24,786 nt of DNA from positions 1 to 24,786 of the IMG/VR virus record IMGVR_UViG_3300016484_000582; one strand, 5' to 3'. Source of the DNA: a virus. Taxonomy: Duplodnaviria; Caudoviricetes. The position numbers were made by a program, and so were the translations under genes. Positions 6,395 to 14,498 of this stretch are shown piece by piece (position 1 is the stretch's first letter; the number at the start of each line of letters is the position of its first letter). Below the pieces are notes generated by a model, which saw nothing but the letters and a program-made list of their open reading frames with translations, made no database searches and had not been told where the DNA came from.

Positions 6395-6955
6395 ATGTTT
6401 AACGGTAAATCTTACGAAACCAACATTTTGCTTAACCGTCTGAACGGTTGGAAACGTCAAGTCGCGGAAAACTCCAGCGAAAAGCCGCTGATCCGGTTGG
6501 TGCTCGCTCTTGAAGGCAGCCAATACATGGAAAAATACAGCGCGGTGGTGGCAAGAATGCACTTTGATGCGAAAATATTATACAATAACAGGAAGATAAT
6601 CAAGTCTGTGCTTGGCGAAAAAGTCATGATATACAGCCCTGATAGTCTTGCCAAAAAACTTGCTAAAGAATATCTTGATTATGCCCATTTAGAGGAAAAA
6701 GCCACAGCAAAACAAGAGGGCTGGTATCCTGCGTTAGAGGAATATTTAGCCAGTGCCGCGCTTACCCAGGCACAATACCTAGTTAACGCAAAGGTAACAT
6801 ATTCCGTGCCACCGCACAGAGAACCTACAGAACAACACATTGACACATACCTGAGCCATTGCCAGATTCAGGCTGAAACAGGTAAAATCGAAGTGCTATT
6901 GAATCAAAAAATTATTAACGCAGCAAAAGAACAGCGCGTTCGGCTTTACGAATAA
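6395..6955 (+). CDS. hypothetical protein (186 aa)
   Basis: Long ORF, GAAAGGA SD, 2-bp gap from the previous gene. Confidence 0.75.
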   Translation: MFNGKSYETNILLNRLNGWKRQVAENSSEKPLIRLVLALEGSQYMEKYSAVVARMHFDAKILYNNRKIIKSVLGEKVMIYSPDSLAKKLAKEYLDYAHLEEKATAKQEGWYPALEEYLASAALTQAQYLVNAKVTYSVPPHREPTEQHIDTYLSHCQIQAETGKIEVLLNQKIINAAKEQRVRLYE

Positions 6956-6988
6956 CCAAGTTTTTTAACTAAGAGAAAGGATTTAACC

Positions 6989-7399
6989 ATGTTTGAGCCA
7001 CAAATGACAGAACCAACAGACGAGTTTACTCTCTTGAAAGTTATCGCAGAAATCCGCCAGAAAACTGGTATAGGCGATAAAGTAATGCTGGCTGATTTAG
7101 CCGGTGTTCTGGCTGGGCTTATCCAAAACGGAGAATCGGCGATCGAGACCAATAAACAGCTTGTGAAGAAATTGAAAAAAGCAGAAGAATCCCTAGAAGA
7201 GGGTGTTGATTTGGTTTTTTATTTAGGAGAAAAGCTTCCAAGTTGGTCAGATGACACACCACTCGGCGGCATTGAGGAACGGTTTGAGAATTTATCAGAT
7301 TGGGCTTTAAACTGGATGGGCTTTCAAGGTGAAGGATTAAAACCGTCGCTAAGGCCGTTTTTATTGACACCAGACCACCCTAACCATATGCTCGGCTAG
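6989..7399 (+). CDS. hypothetical protein (136 aa)
   Basis: AGAAAGGA SD; contains IAEIRQKTGIGDKVMLADL. Confidence 0.75.
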   Translation: MFEPQMTEPTDEFTLLKVIAEIRQKTGIGDKVMLADLAGVLAGLIQNGESAIETNKQLVKKLKKAEESLEEGVDLVFYLGEKLPSWSDDTPLGGIEERFENLSDWALNWMGFQGEGLKPSLRPFLLTPDHPNHMLG

Positions 7400-7423
7400 G
7401 GTAGTAGCCAAAAGGATAGAAAG

Positions 7424-7642
7424 ATGCTCACAGAGGCTTTAAAACGTGAAATCGAGGTATTAAACAAGATGGCCAATGCAAGGGCTACACCCTATCACAT
7501 ATTACAGCGCAGAAATATTTACGTTTTCTGGTATCAAGCACCAGACGATGACAACACAGATGTTGAATTTTTTGATGAGAACTTGACCACAGGCCTAAAC
7601 CGCCTTATGCGGGAGATTTATGCCTATCCGGTGGTGTGGTAG
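7424..7642 (+). CDS. hypothetical protein (72 aa)
   Basis: AAAGGA SD; last gene of the rightward run. Confidence 0.65.
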   Translation: MLTEALKREIEVLNKMANARATPYHILQRRNIYVFWYQAPDDDNTDVEFFDENLTTGLNRLMREIYAYPVVW

Positions 7643-8068
7643 TTAAATCTGTTTGGTGCAGATTTCATGGCTGTGAGCTTGTCGTTGTTTTCGAGCCTTG
7701 TTTTCAGCTTCTGCACTGCCCCATGCAAAAATAGCTATCATTGTAAAAATTGAAAAAACTACAAAATTTATAAAAACAAATGTCGATAGTTCTTTGTGAA
7801 AATTACTAATTTTGTATTTATTATCATCCGCCCATAGACAGTACGGTAAAATTGGTATGCTTAAGCCAATAAAAAGAATGGACAGTAGATTTATTTGTTC
7901 CGTAACCAATAAATAAATCGGGAAAGCAGCAGATAAAAACAAAGATATTCCAATTAAAGTATCTGCGTGCCACAAATAATCTTTAACAAAGAAAACAATG
8001 TTTTTTAATGTCCATAAAAATATAATGGAAAGCACTGTTATTGTTACAATTGTAATTGCTGTTTGCAT
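7643..8068 (-). CDS. membrane protein with about four TM segments, last gene of the inverted island
   Basis: Four hydrophobic stretches; preceded by the repeated leader AAAGGATTAACATCATG. Confidence 0.75.
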   Translation of the reverse strand: MQTAITIVTITVLSIIFLWTLKNIVFFVKDYLWHADTLIGISLFLSAAFPIYLLVTEQINLLSILFIGLSIPILPYCLWADDNKYKISNFHKELSTFVFINFVVFSIFTMIAIFAWGSAEAENKARKQRQAHSHEICTKQI

Positions 8069-8072
8069 GATG

Positions 8073-8228
8073 TTAATCCTTTAATTTGTGGGTTAATTTA
8101 TACTCGGCCATGCAAACTGCAACGTATGAGGCTACCTTTGCCGCTACGCATGGAGGCAGGATATAGTCCATGCGTTTATAGCCTAGCTTTTTCAGTTTTG
8201 CTTTATACCGCTGTTGTTTAGTTTGCAT
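8073..8228 (-). CDS. small basic protein (51 aa), possible ribbon-helix-type DNA-binding protein
   Basis: Not in the ORF track. MQTKQQRYKAKLKKLGYKRMDYILPPCVAAKVASYVAVCMAEYKLTHKLKD; start overlaps the upstream ORF end and the stop lies in the next leader. Confidence 0.55.
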   Translation of the reverse strand: MQTKQQRYKAKLKKLGYKRMDYILPPCVAAKVASYVAVCMAEYKLTHKLKD

Positions 8229-8298
8229 AAAGCACCGTTGCTGTTAAGATGAGCGTAAAATTAAGAATTGAGGCCATGATGTGAATTGCGAGGCGCAT
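8218..8298 (-). CDS. 26-aa hydrophobic peptide
   Basis: Not in the ORF track. MRLAIHIMASILNFTLILTATVLYAN, preceded by the leader CAACCACAGAAAGGATTACTACTATG. Confidence 0.55.
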   Translation of the reverse strand: MRLAIHIMASILNFTLILTATVLYAN

Positions 8299-8358
8299 AG
8301 TAGTAATCCTTTCTGTGGTTGTGAAATGATAGAGTACAGAGTGAAGGTTAAGATGGTG

Positions 8359-8604
8359 TTATCCGATACAGATTTCTTTTCCATCAATTTCAAGGTCGAT
8401 TGTTAAATCGTCTCCCCAGTTGGAAAACTGTTTAATTATTTCGGCTTTGTCCTTTTCGGATAGGGTAACATAATAATGATAGTGGCCTAACGTTCTTTTA
8501 GTGTTTGTTTTTTTAAAAGATATTTTGCCTAAAACATTAACGATTTCCGCGTTCTGTATGATTTCTAGGGCTTCTTTGATAGGGTAAGATTTGAATACGG
8601 TCAT
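8359..8604 (-). CDS. hypothetical protein (81 aa), inverted island
   Basis: ORF preceded by ACCACGAAAGGATTAACATCATG. Confidence 0.8.
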   Translation of the reverse strand: MTVFKSYPIKEALEIIQNAEIVNVLGKISFKKTNTKRTLGHYHYYVTLSEKDKAEIIKQFSNWGDDLTIDLEIDGKEICIG

Positions 8605-8634
8605 GATGTTAATCCTTTCGTGGTATGAGGCATA

Positions 8635-8680
8635 ATTGCACCATGCTACACCCCCCGGGGGAGGTGTAGGGTGCTACAAT
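8635..8680. other. GC-rich bulged intergenic hairpin
   Basis: GCACC-atg-CTACACC-CCCC/GGGG-ga-GGTGTAG-GGTGC; no adjacent U-tract on either strand. Confidence 0.75.
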
Positions 8681-8789
8681 CTAAGCTAGCCAAGAATACC
8701 GTTGATATATATTCGTGCGATCGAAACCCATAACGATAGCTAAATAACCGGGGCGATTATCCAAATAGGCTAATCTGTGCTTTTAACAT
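8681..8789 (-). pseudogene. island slot with a full leader but only a 10-codon ORF; possible frameshifted 35-aa gene
   Basis: ATG 8789 reads MLKAQISLFG*. Removing one A from TTAAAAG gives MLKHRLAYLDNRPGYLAIVMGFDRTNIYQRYSWLA*, ending at 8681. Confidence 0.4.
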
Positions 8790-8825
8790 GATGTTAATCC
8801 TTTCGTGGTTGGTTGCGTTATTTAA

Positions 8826-9053
8826 TTAATCTTTTATGGCTTCGTATGCGTATTCATCACTGCCGTTGCAGACACAAATTTTAAAGCGATTTACCCTTTC
8901 ATTTTTGCCTTTTTGACCGCGCGCCGCGTCATCGCGATAGCTTTTTAAAATGTCTTTTAATCCGTACATGGCTTTAAAATAAGAAACATTTGTGTACCCG
9001 GTTTTGCTGTATTTGCCGTGAACCCCGATTTTATAAATCGTGTACGTTGTCAT
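8826..9053 (-). CDS. hypothetical basic protein (75 aa), inverted island
   Basis: Start moved to ATG 9053 (MTTYTIYKIG), after the leader CAACCACACGAAAGGATAAACACCATG. Confidence 0.8.
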   Translation of the reverse strand: MTTYTIYKIGVHGKYSKTGYTNVSYFKAMYGLKDILKSYRDDAARGQKGKNERVNRFKICVCNGSDEYAYEAIKD

Positions 9054-9094
9054 GGTGTTTATCCTTTCGTGTGGTTGCTTATGAGTGTAATTCT

Positions 9095-9125
9095 GAGGCC
9101 AGCTTATTCGCTGGCCTCGCTTTTT
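9095..9125 (+). terminator. hairpin GAGGCCAGC/GCTGGCCTC followed by GC-T5 on the + strand
   Basis: Perfect 9-bp stem with a 6-nt loop; the T-tract is on the strand opposite the island genes. Confidence 0.55.
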
Positions 9126-9312
9126 AACTTGCCAACACATGCCACTGATTTAACTCCTGCTTTGTTAGGAGTAAAATGCCCATAGGGTGTTTGATATTGT
9201 AAGCTTTGATTTTTTTCACGATTTTCTGTGTCTCTTCCCAGATCATATCCCCTGTGTTTGTTGGGTGAAAAAAAGCTGCGTTGTAAGCGTTGAGTAATTT
9301 CTTTGCGGTCAT
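9124..9312 (-). CDS. hypothetical protein (62 aa), first gene of the inverted island
   Basis: ORF preceded by CAACCGCACGAAAGGATTAACATCATG and a strong promoter. Confidence 0.8.
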   Translation of the reverse strand: MTAKKLLNAYNAAFFHPTNTGDMIWEETQKIVKKIKAYNIKHPMGILLLTKQELNQWHVLAS

Positions 9313-9347
9313 GATGTTAATCCTTTCGTGCGGTTGGTTATGAAAGC

Positions 9348-9376
9348 AGTATATTGGTATCCGGGATACTTGTCAA
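9348..9376 (-). promoter_or_regulatory. near-consensus sigma70 promoter with a palindromic operator in the spacer
   Basis: TTGACA (9376-9371) N17 TATACT (9353-9348). Inverted repeat GTATCC-G-GGATAC at 9357-9369. Upstream A-tract. Confidence 0.85.
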
Positions 9377-9523
9377 CGGTTTTTTTAAAAAAATATTTTG
9401 CTGTATAATCAGTGTGATGTAATCATGCAGAAGGCCTTACTGCAATTTTGTGGTGAAAATTATTTGAAGAGAATTGCAAGGCGTTGTAAAATAATGCAGT
9501 TGGAAAAATATCGGAGTTATAAA

Positions 9524-9898
9524 ATGACACACGAAAAAAATAAAGAAACCAGTTATGTTGCGAGAAGGCTTGCCTCTCTTGGATGCCCCTTTGAAGATAT
9601 TGCCAAAAAATTAAATATTTGCAGCGATACACTGGTTAAAAAATATAAGCAAGAATTGGACGCTGGACGCATAGACGCTAATTCTGCCGTGGCTGGTTCG
9701 CTTTATAAAAAAGCCATTAATGGTGACACGGCGGCGGCGATTTTTTGGCTCAAAACAAGGGGTGGAAAGGGTGTCTGGAAAGAAACCGATCGCCTTGAGG
9801 TAACAGGTGCAGACGGTGGCGCGGTGGCTGTTGCTGCAATTGACGCAAGCAAGCTGGACAGCGAAACGCTGTCCAAAATTCTTGCCGCTAAGCAGTGA
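9524..9898 (+). CDS. terS: terminase small subunit
   Basis: HTH (IAKKLNICSDTLVKKY), LYKKAINGDTAAAIFWLKTR and EVTGADGGAV motifs; overlaps the terL start. Start moved to ATG 9524 (GGAG SD). Confidence 0.8.
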   Translation: MTHEKNKETSYVARRLASLGCPFEDIAKKLNICSDTLVKKYKQELDAGRIDANSAVAGSLYKKAINGDTAAAIFWLKTRGGKGVWKETDRLEVTGADGGAVAVAAIDASKLDSETLSKILAAKQ

Positions 9899-11370
9899 CT
9901 GTTACAATAACGACTGCCGATCTGTTAAACATCGATCGGGAATATTGCCGTCGATCGTTAGCCAATTTTGCCAAGCGCGCATGGTTGCAGCTTGAGCCTA
10001 CCACGCCGCTTAAATGGGGATGGGCACTTGATGCCATTTGTGAGCATTTGGAGGCCGTAACTGACGGAAAAATAAACAGGTTATTGATGAACGTACCGCC
10101 GGGCAGCATGAAGTCGCTGCTAACTGGCGTCATATGGCCGGCTTGGGAGTGGGGCGCAAAAGGTATGCCGTCCATGCGGTACGTTGGCACAGCGCATGAG
10201 GAACAGCTAGCCATCCGTGACAGCCGTCGTTGCCGCGATCTCATCAAGTCTCAGTGGTATCAGGAGCTTTGGCCACTGGAGCTACTGGCCGATTTAGACG
10301 GCAAAAGAGAATTTGGGAATGTGCACAAAGGTGTAAGACAGGCAAGGGCTTTCACGAGCATGACAGGTGTTCGCGGTGATAGGGTGATTATTGACGATCC
10401 CATTAGTGCCGATGCTGCTAACAGCGATGCTAAGCTTGAGGCTGCTAAGATCGCGTTCACTGAGTCGATCCCTACGCGCGTCAACAATGACAAGTCCGCT
10501 ATCGTCATCATTATGCAGCGACTTAATGAACGTGATATAAGCGGCGTCATCCAAGACATGGGCTTACCTTATGTGCACTTGTGCATCCCCATGCGCTATG
10601 AGCGAGCGAGGCACTGCACCACGTCCATAGGGTGGAGTGACCCCCGCACTGTTGAGGGCGAACTAATGTTCCCCGATAGGTTTTCGGATGAACAAGTGCG
10701 CGAGCTTGAAAAATCGCTTGGCACATACGGTTCAGCCGGGCAGTTACAGCAAAGGCCTGCACCGCGCGGCGGCGGCATTATCAGCACGGCATGGTTTAAA
10801 TTCTGGACGATGCTACCTCAACTCGAGTATCGCTTTATCACAATCGACACGGCGCAAAAGACAGGCCAGCAAAACGATTACAGCGTCATGCAGTGTTGGG
10901 CGCGTTCAATTGTTGGGCAAGCGGTCATGATTGACCAGGTGCGTGGCAAGTGGGAAGCCCCCGAATTGCTGGTGCAAGCCCGCGCCCTTTGGCTCAAGCA
11001 TCAAGGGGACATGCGAGCGCCTGCCCTTAAAGCACCATTGCGTGGTATGTACGTTGAGGACAAGGTGAGCGGTACGGGGCTCATCCAGACACTGCGGCGT
11101 GAGGGCTTGCCCGTCTTGGCTGTCCAGCGCAACAAGGACAAGATAAGCCGCGCTTATGATGCCGCACCGTTTATCGAGTCTGGCAACGTCATACTACCGC
11201 AGGATGCGCCGTGGCTGTCGGATTTCTTGGGCGAAACGTCATCATTCCCGGCCGGGGCACACGATGACCAGCTTGACCCAATGTTTGATGCTATAGGCCT
11301 TGTACAAAGGACTCAATCGCAGACAAGGCCGCAAACATTTATACCCTTGCCAATTAAAAACAAATGGTGA
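9895..11370 (+). CDS. terL: terminase large subunit
   Basis: Walker A NVPPGSMKS, Walker B VIIDDP, nuclease IDTAQK and HDDQLD. Confidence 0.95.
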   Translation: MTVTITTADLLNIDREYCRRSLANFAKRAWLQLEPTTPLKWGWALDAICEHLEAVTDGKINRLLMNVPPGSMKSLLTGVIWPAWEWGAKGMPSMRYVGTAHEEQLAIRDSRRCRDLIKSQWYQELWPLELLADLDGKREFGNVHKGVRQARAFTSMTGVRGDRVIIDDPISADAANSDAKLEAAKIAFTESIPTRVNNDKSAIVIIMQRLNERDISGVIQDMGLPYVHLCIPMRYERARHCTTSIGWSDPRTVEGELMFPDRFSDEQVRELEKSLGTYGSAGQLQQRPAPRGGGIISTAWFKFWTMLPQLEYRFITIDTAQKTGQQNDYSVMQCWARSIVGQAVMIDQVRGKWEAPELLVQARALWLKHQGDMRAPALKAPLRGMYVEDKVSGTGLIQTLRREGLPVLAVQRNKDKISRAYDAAPFIESGNVILPQDAPWLSDFLGETSSFPAGAHDDQLDPMFDAIGLVQRTQSQTRPQTFIPLPIKNKW

Positions 11371-11381
11371 TATGAGACATT

Positions 11382-13421
11382 ATGGATGACTATAAAAAGC
11401 CATTAAAATACGATGATGATAGCAGCGCAGAACGCGAACTGCATGAGACTGCGTTAAAGCAGTATGATGATATTTACTCTATTTATCAGCGGGAAAGAGA
11501 GACTTCCCTAGAAGATAGGCGGTTTTATTCTATCGCCGGTGCACAGTGGGAAGGCAATCTTGCCGATATTTTTGAAAACAAGCCTAAATTTGAAGTAAAC
11601 AAAACACATCTTGCGGTGATGAGAATCATCAACGAGTACCGCAATAATCGCATCACAGTTAATTTTGTGAGCAAGGACGGCGGCGCACAGCAAGACAAGT
11701 TGGCCGATGTGCTGCAAGGCTTATATCGCGCTGATGAGCAAGACAGCGTTGCTGATGAGGCATACGATAACGCCTTTGAAGAGGCAGTGGCAGGGGGATT
11801 TGGGGCATGGCGGTTGACCCATAAACTGGAAAATGAGGAAGACGAGGACGACGATCGGCAACGGATTTTCATCGAACCAATCTTTGATGCAGATCAGACC
11901 GTTTTTTTCGATCCAGACGCTGAGCGGCAAGACAAGAGCGATGCTAAATATTGCTTTTTGTTGCGCTCGATGAGTCCAGACAAATACAAGGAAATGTTTG
12001 ATGATGAGCCAGCCTCATGGCCTAAAATCGAAAACATGAAAACTACTTTCGACTGGAACACAAAAGATAATGTTTACGTTGCCGAATATTACAAGGTTGA
12101 AGAAACAACAAAAACTTTCCAAATTTGGAAAGATATTAACAATGAAGAAATGAAATTTGATGTTCAGGAATTAAAAGATGATCCTGAAATTGTTAGAGAA
12201 TTGAGAGCAACAGGGGCAAGTTTTGTATCCAAGAAAAAGATTAAAACAACCAAGGTAAGAAAGTATATTCTGTCCGGCGGCGGCCTCCTTGAGGATTGCG
12301 GTTATATTGCGGGCAAGCATATTCCTATTGTGCCTGTTTATGGGAAACGTATTATCGTTGATGCCATCGAGCGTTGCATTGGTGCAGTCCGCTACCTAAA
12401 AGACCCGCAGCGCATCAAGAATATGCAGTTAAGCAAACTTGCTGAAATAAGTGCTATATCATCAGTCGAAAAGCCGATTGTTACCCCTGAACAGATAAGC
12501 GGTCATCAGAATCTCTGGGCAGAAGACAACATCAAAAACTATCCTTATTTGCTTTTAAACCCTATTACCGATGCAACCGGGCAGCAAGTACCTAGTGGCC
12601 CCGTTGGATACACTAAAAGCCCACAAATACCGCCTGCGCTTGCTGGTTTGCTGGCCGTAACTGAGCAAGACATTCAAGAGATTATTGGTAGCCCGCAGCA
12701 AGCAGAAAAGATGGTGTCTAACATCTCTGGTAAGGCTGTGGACATGATCCAGCAGCGCATCGATATGTTGTCTTATGTTTACATGAGCAATCTTGCCAAG
12801 GCCATGAAGCGTTGCGGTCAAATTTGGCTTTCTATGGCAAAAGACTTGTATGTCGAAGATGAGCGCATCATGCGTTATGTAGCGGACGATAAAAAAATCA
12901 AACCCATTCAGTTAATGAAACCAATAATTGATAAAGATACAGGCGTATTAACGCACGAAAACAACGTAAAAGATGCCAATCTTGACGTTAGCGTTGATGT
13001 GGGACCATCTTCCAGCTCTAAAAAGTCCGCCACTGTAAGAGCATTAACGGGCATGGTAGCCATTGCCGATGATCCAGAAACAAAGCAGGTTTTACTGTCG
13101 ATGGCGATGTTAAACATGGAAGGCGAGGGCATTCAGGACATCAGGGACTACTTCCGCAAGCGGTTAGTGCGTGCTGGCGTTATCAAACCAACGGAAGAGG
13201 AAATGCAAGCCTTGCAAGCGGAAATGCAAAATCAACCGCCTGATAGTCAAGCAATGCTGTTGAATGCTATGGCTGAAGAGGCTAACGCAAAAGCTAGCAA
13301 AGCTCGCGCCGACACGATGGAAACGATGGCGTCTGCCGATCTAAAGAGAGCGCAGACCGTAAAGACTTTGCAAGAGACAGGCTTGCGAAGACAGGCGGCA
13401 ACCGTCCAGCCGTCATTTTGA
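11382..13421 (+). CDS. P22-like portal protein
   Basis: 679 aa after terL; DRRFYSIAGAQW, PKFEVNK, GGFGAWR, IPIVPVYG and NISGKAV motifs. Confidence 0.92.
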   Translation: MDDYKKPLKYDDDSSAERELHETALKQYDDIYSIYQRERETSLEDRRFYSIAGAQWEGNLADIFENKPKFEVNKTHLAVMRIINEYRNNRITVNFVSKDGGAQQDKLADVLQGLYRADEQDSVADEAYDNAFEEAVAGGFGAWRLTHKLENEEDEDDDRQRIFIEPIFDADQTVFFDPDAERQDKSDAKYCFLLRSMSPDKYKEMFDDEPASWPKIENMKTTFDWNTKDNVYVAEYYKVEETTKTFQIWKDINNEEMKFDVQELKDDPEIVRELRATGASFVSKKKIKTTKVRKYILSGGGLLEDCGYIAGKHIPIVPVYGKRIIVDAIERCIGAVRYLKDPQRIKNMQLSKLAEISAISSVEKPIVTPEQISGHQNLWAEDNIKNYPYLLLNPITDATGQQVPSGPVGYTKSPQIPPALAGLLAVTEQDIQEIIGSPQQAEKMVSNISGKAVDMIQQRIDMLSYVYMSNLAKAMKRCGQIWLSMAKDLYVEDERIMRYVADDKKIKPIQLMKPIIDKDTGVLTHENNVKDANLDVSVDVGPSSSSKKSATVRALTGMVAIADDPETKQVLLSMAMLNMEGEGIQDIRDYFRKRLVRAGVIKPTEEEMQALQAEMQNQPPDSQAMLLNAMAEEANAKASKARADTMETMASADLKRAQTVKTLQETGLRRQAATVQPSF

Positions 13422-13445
13422 TGGACGAGATAAAAGGCAATTTTT

Positions 13446-14348
13446 ATGACCGAAAATGAAAAAGATGATTTAAATCAAGATGAAATCAATATCGAACAGG
13501 AAGAAGAGACTGTTGTTCCTGATGACGAAAACGAGCAAGAAGCTGCAGACGAAAACGAAGACACTAATCAAGAAGAAGAGCCAAAGGAAAGGGATATAGA
13601 GGAAGAAGAGCCTGACGAGCTTGTGATTACCGTCGGTGACGAGAAGATCGAAACAACGGAAAAAGAAAAAGCCCCTGAATTTATTAAGGAGCTTAGAAAA
13701 GCAAACAGAGAAAAAGCAAAAAGAATCAAAGAATTAGAAGCTAAACTCCAGGCATCTTTACCCACTGAGCAAAAAGAAGAAGTTCTTGAAACCAAGCCAA
13801 AACTTGAAGATTTTGACTACGACACAGAAAGGTTTGAAGAAAAACTCTCGCAATGGGTGCTTAAAAAGCAGCGCATAGAGAAAGAGCAAGAAAACAAAAG
13901 GCAAGAGGAAAAGCGTCAAATGGACGCATGGAATGCTCGGTTGCTTGACTATGAGAAGAAAAAAAATGCAATGCGCGTTGATAATTTTGACGAAGCAGAA
14001 GAAAATGTGAGGCAATCATTAACCCAAACTCAATTAGGCATTCTTGTGCAAGGAGCCGACGACCCTGCTCTTATGGTCTATGTACTTGGCAAAAATAAAA
14101 AGAAGGCTGAGGAAATTTCTCAAATTTCCGATCCGGTAAAATTCGCTTTCGCAATCGCTAAACTTCAAGGAGAAATCAAAGTGAACAACGTGAAAAAACC
14201 ACCAATGCCGCAACCCGAACGTACACTGAAAGGTCAAGGTGGCGGCGCATCAAAGCATGACAAAGTTCTTGCTGCCTTAGAGGCAAAGGCAGAACGAACA
14301 GGAGACAGGACGGAAATTTTTGAATATAAAAGAAAATTAAGAAGTTAA
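13446..14348 (+). CDS. capsid scaffolding protein
   Basis: Acidic N-terminus, coiled coil, KPKLEDFDYD; lies between portal and coat. Confidence 0.8.
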   Translation: MTENEKDDLNQDEINIEQEEETVVPDDENEQEAADENEDTNQEEEPKERDIEEEEPDELVITVGDEKIETTEKEKAPEFIKELRKANREKAKRIKELEAKLQASLPTEQKEEVLETKPKLEDFDYDTERFEEKLSQWVLKKQRIEKEQENKRQEEKRQMDAWNARLLDYEKKKNAMRVDNFDEAEENVRQSLTQTQLGILVQGADDPALMVYVLGKNKKKAEEISQISDPVKFAFAIAKLQGEIKVNNVKKPPMPQPERTLKGQGGGASKHDKVLAALEAKAERTGDRTEIFEYKRKLRS

Positions 14349-14379
14349 AATATTTATTGCTATTTTTGTTTTTTTCTTT

Positions 14380-14418
14380 AAACTGCCTTTTGGTTCGCCA
14401 CCTTAAGGCAGTTTTTTT
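14380..14418 (+). terminator. terminator-like hairpin in the coat gene leader
   Basis: AAACTGCCTT/AAGGCAGTTT stem enclosing TGG-TTCG-CCA, ending in a T7 run. Confidence 0.55.
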
Positions 14419-14498
14419 AGCAGCCGCCACCAGCTCCGATGGTGAGATTTTAAGATAGTTTTTTTTCTTTCACTCTCACACATTTCTGGAGATTTTAT

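Larger units (their letters stand above)
8066..9339 (-). repeat. six copies of a start-associated leader, consensus (CA)ACCAC-N0-5-GAAAGGATWAACATCATG
   Basis: On the + strand the copies begin (cat) at 8066, 8296, 8602, 8787, 9051 and 9310. A related copy precedes erf (2653-2680). Confidence 0.92.

Noticed and set aside
6973-6991. AGAAAGGAT leaders on + strand genes (also near 7411, 15797 and 16477) as RNA 1 targets
   Set aside because: They have only the SD half and lack CAACCAC, so ordinary alphaproteobacterial RBS usage explains them.
7394-7409. GGCTAGGGTAGTAGCC as a third RNA copy
   Set aside because: It shares only GGCTAGG; there is no CCGAAAG junction, P3 stem, closing stem or promoter repeat.
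8066-9339. Repeated leaders read as a CRISPR array or integron attC array
   Set aside because: Spacing is about 185-305 bp and irregular, the intervals are ORFs, the repeats are not palindromic, and no cas or integrase gene is in the window.
9398-9523. TTG-started 42-aa extension of terS
   Set aside because: It begins inside the promoter region without an SD, whereas ATG 9524 has GGAG.
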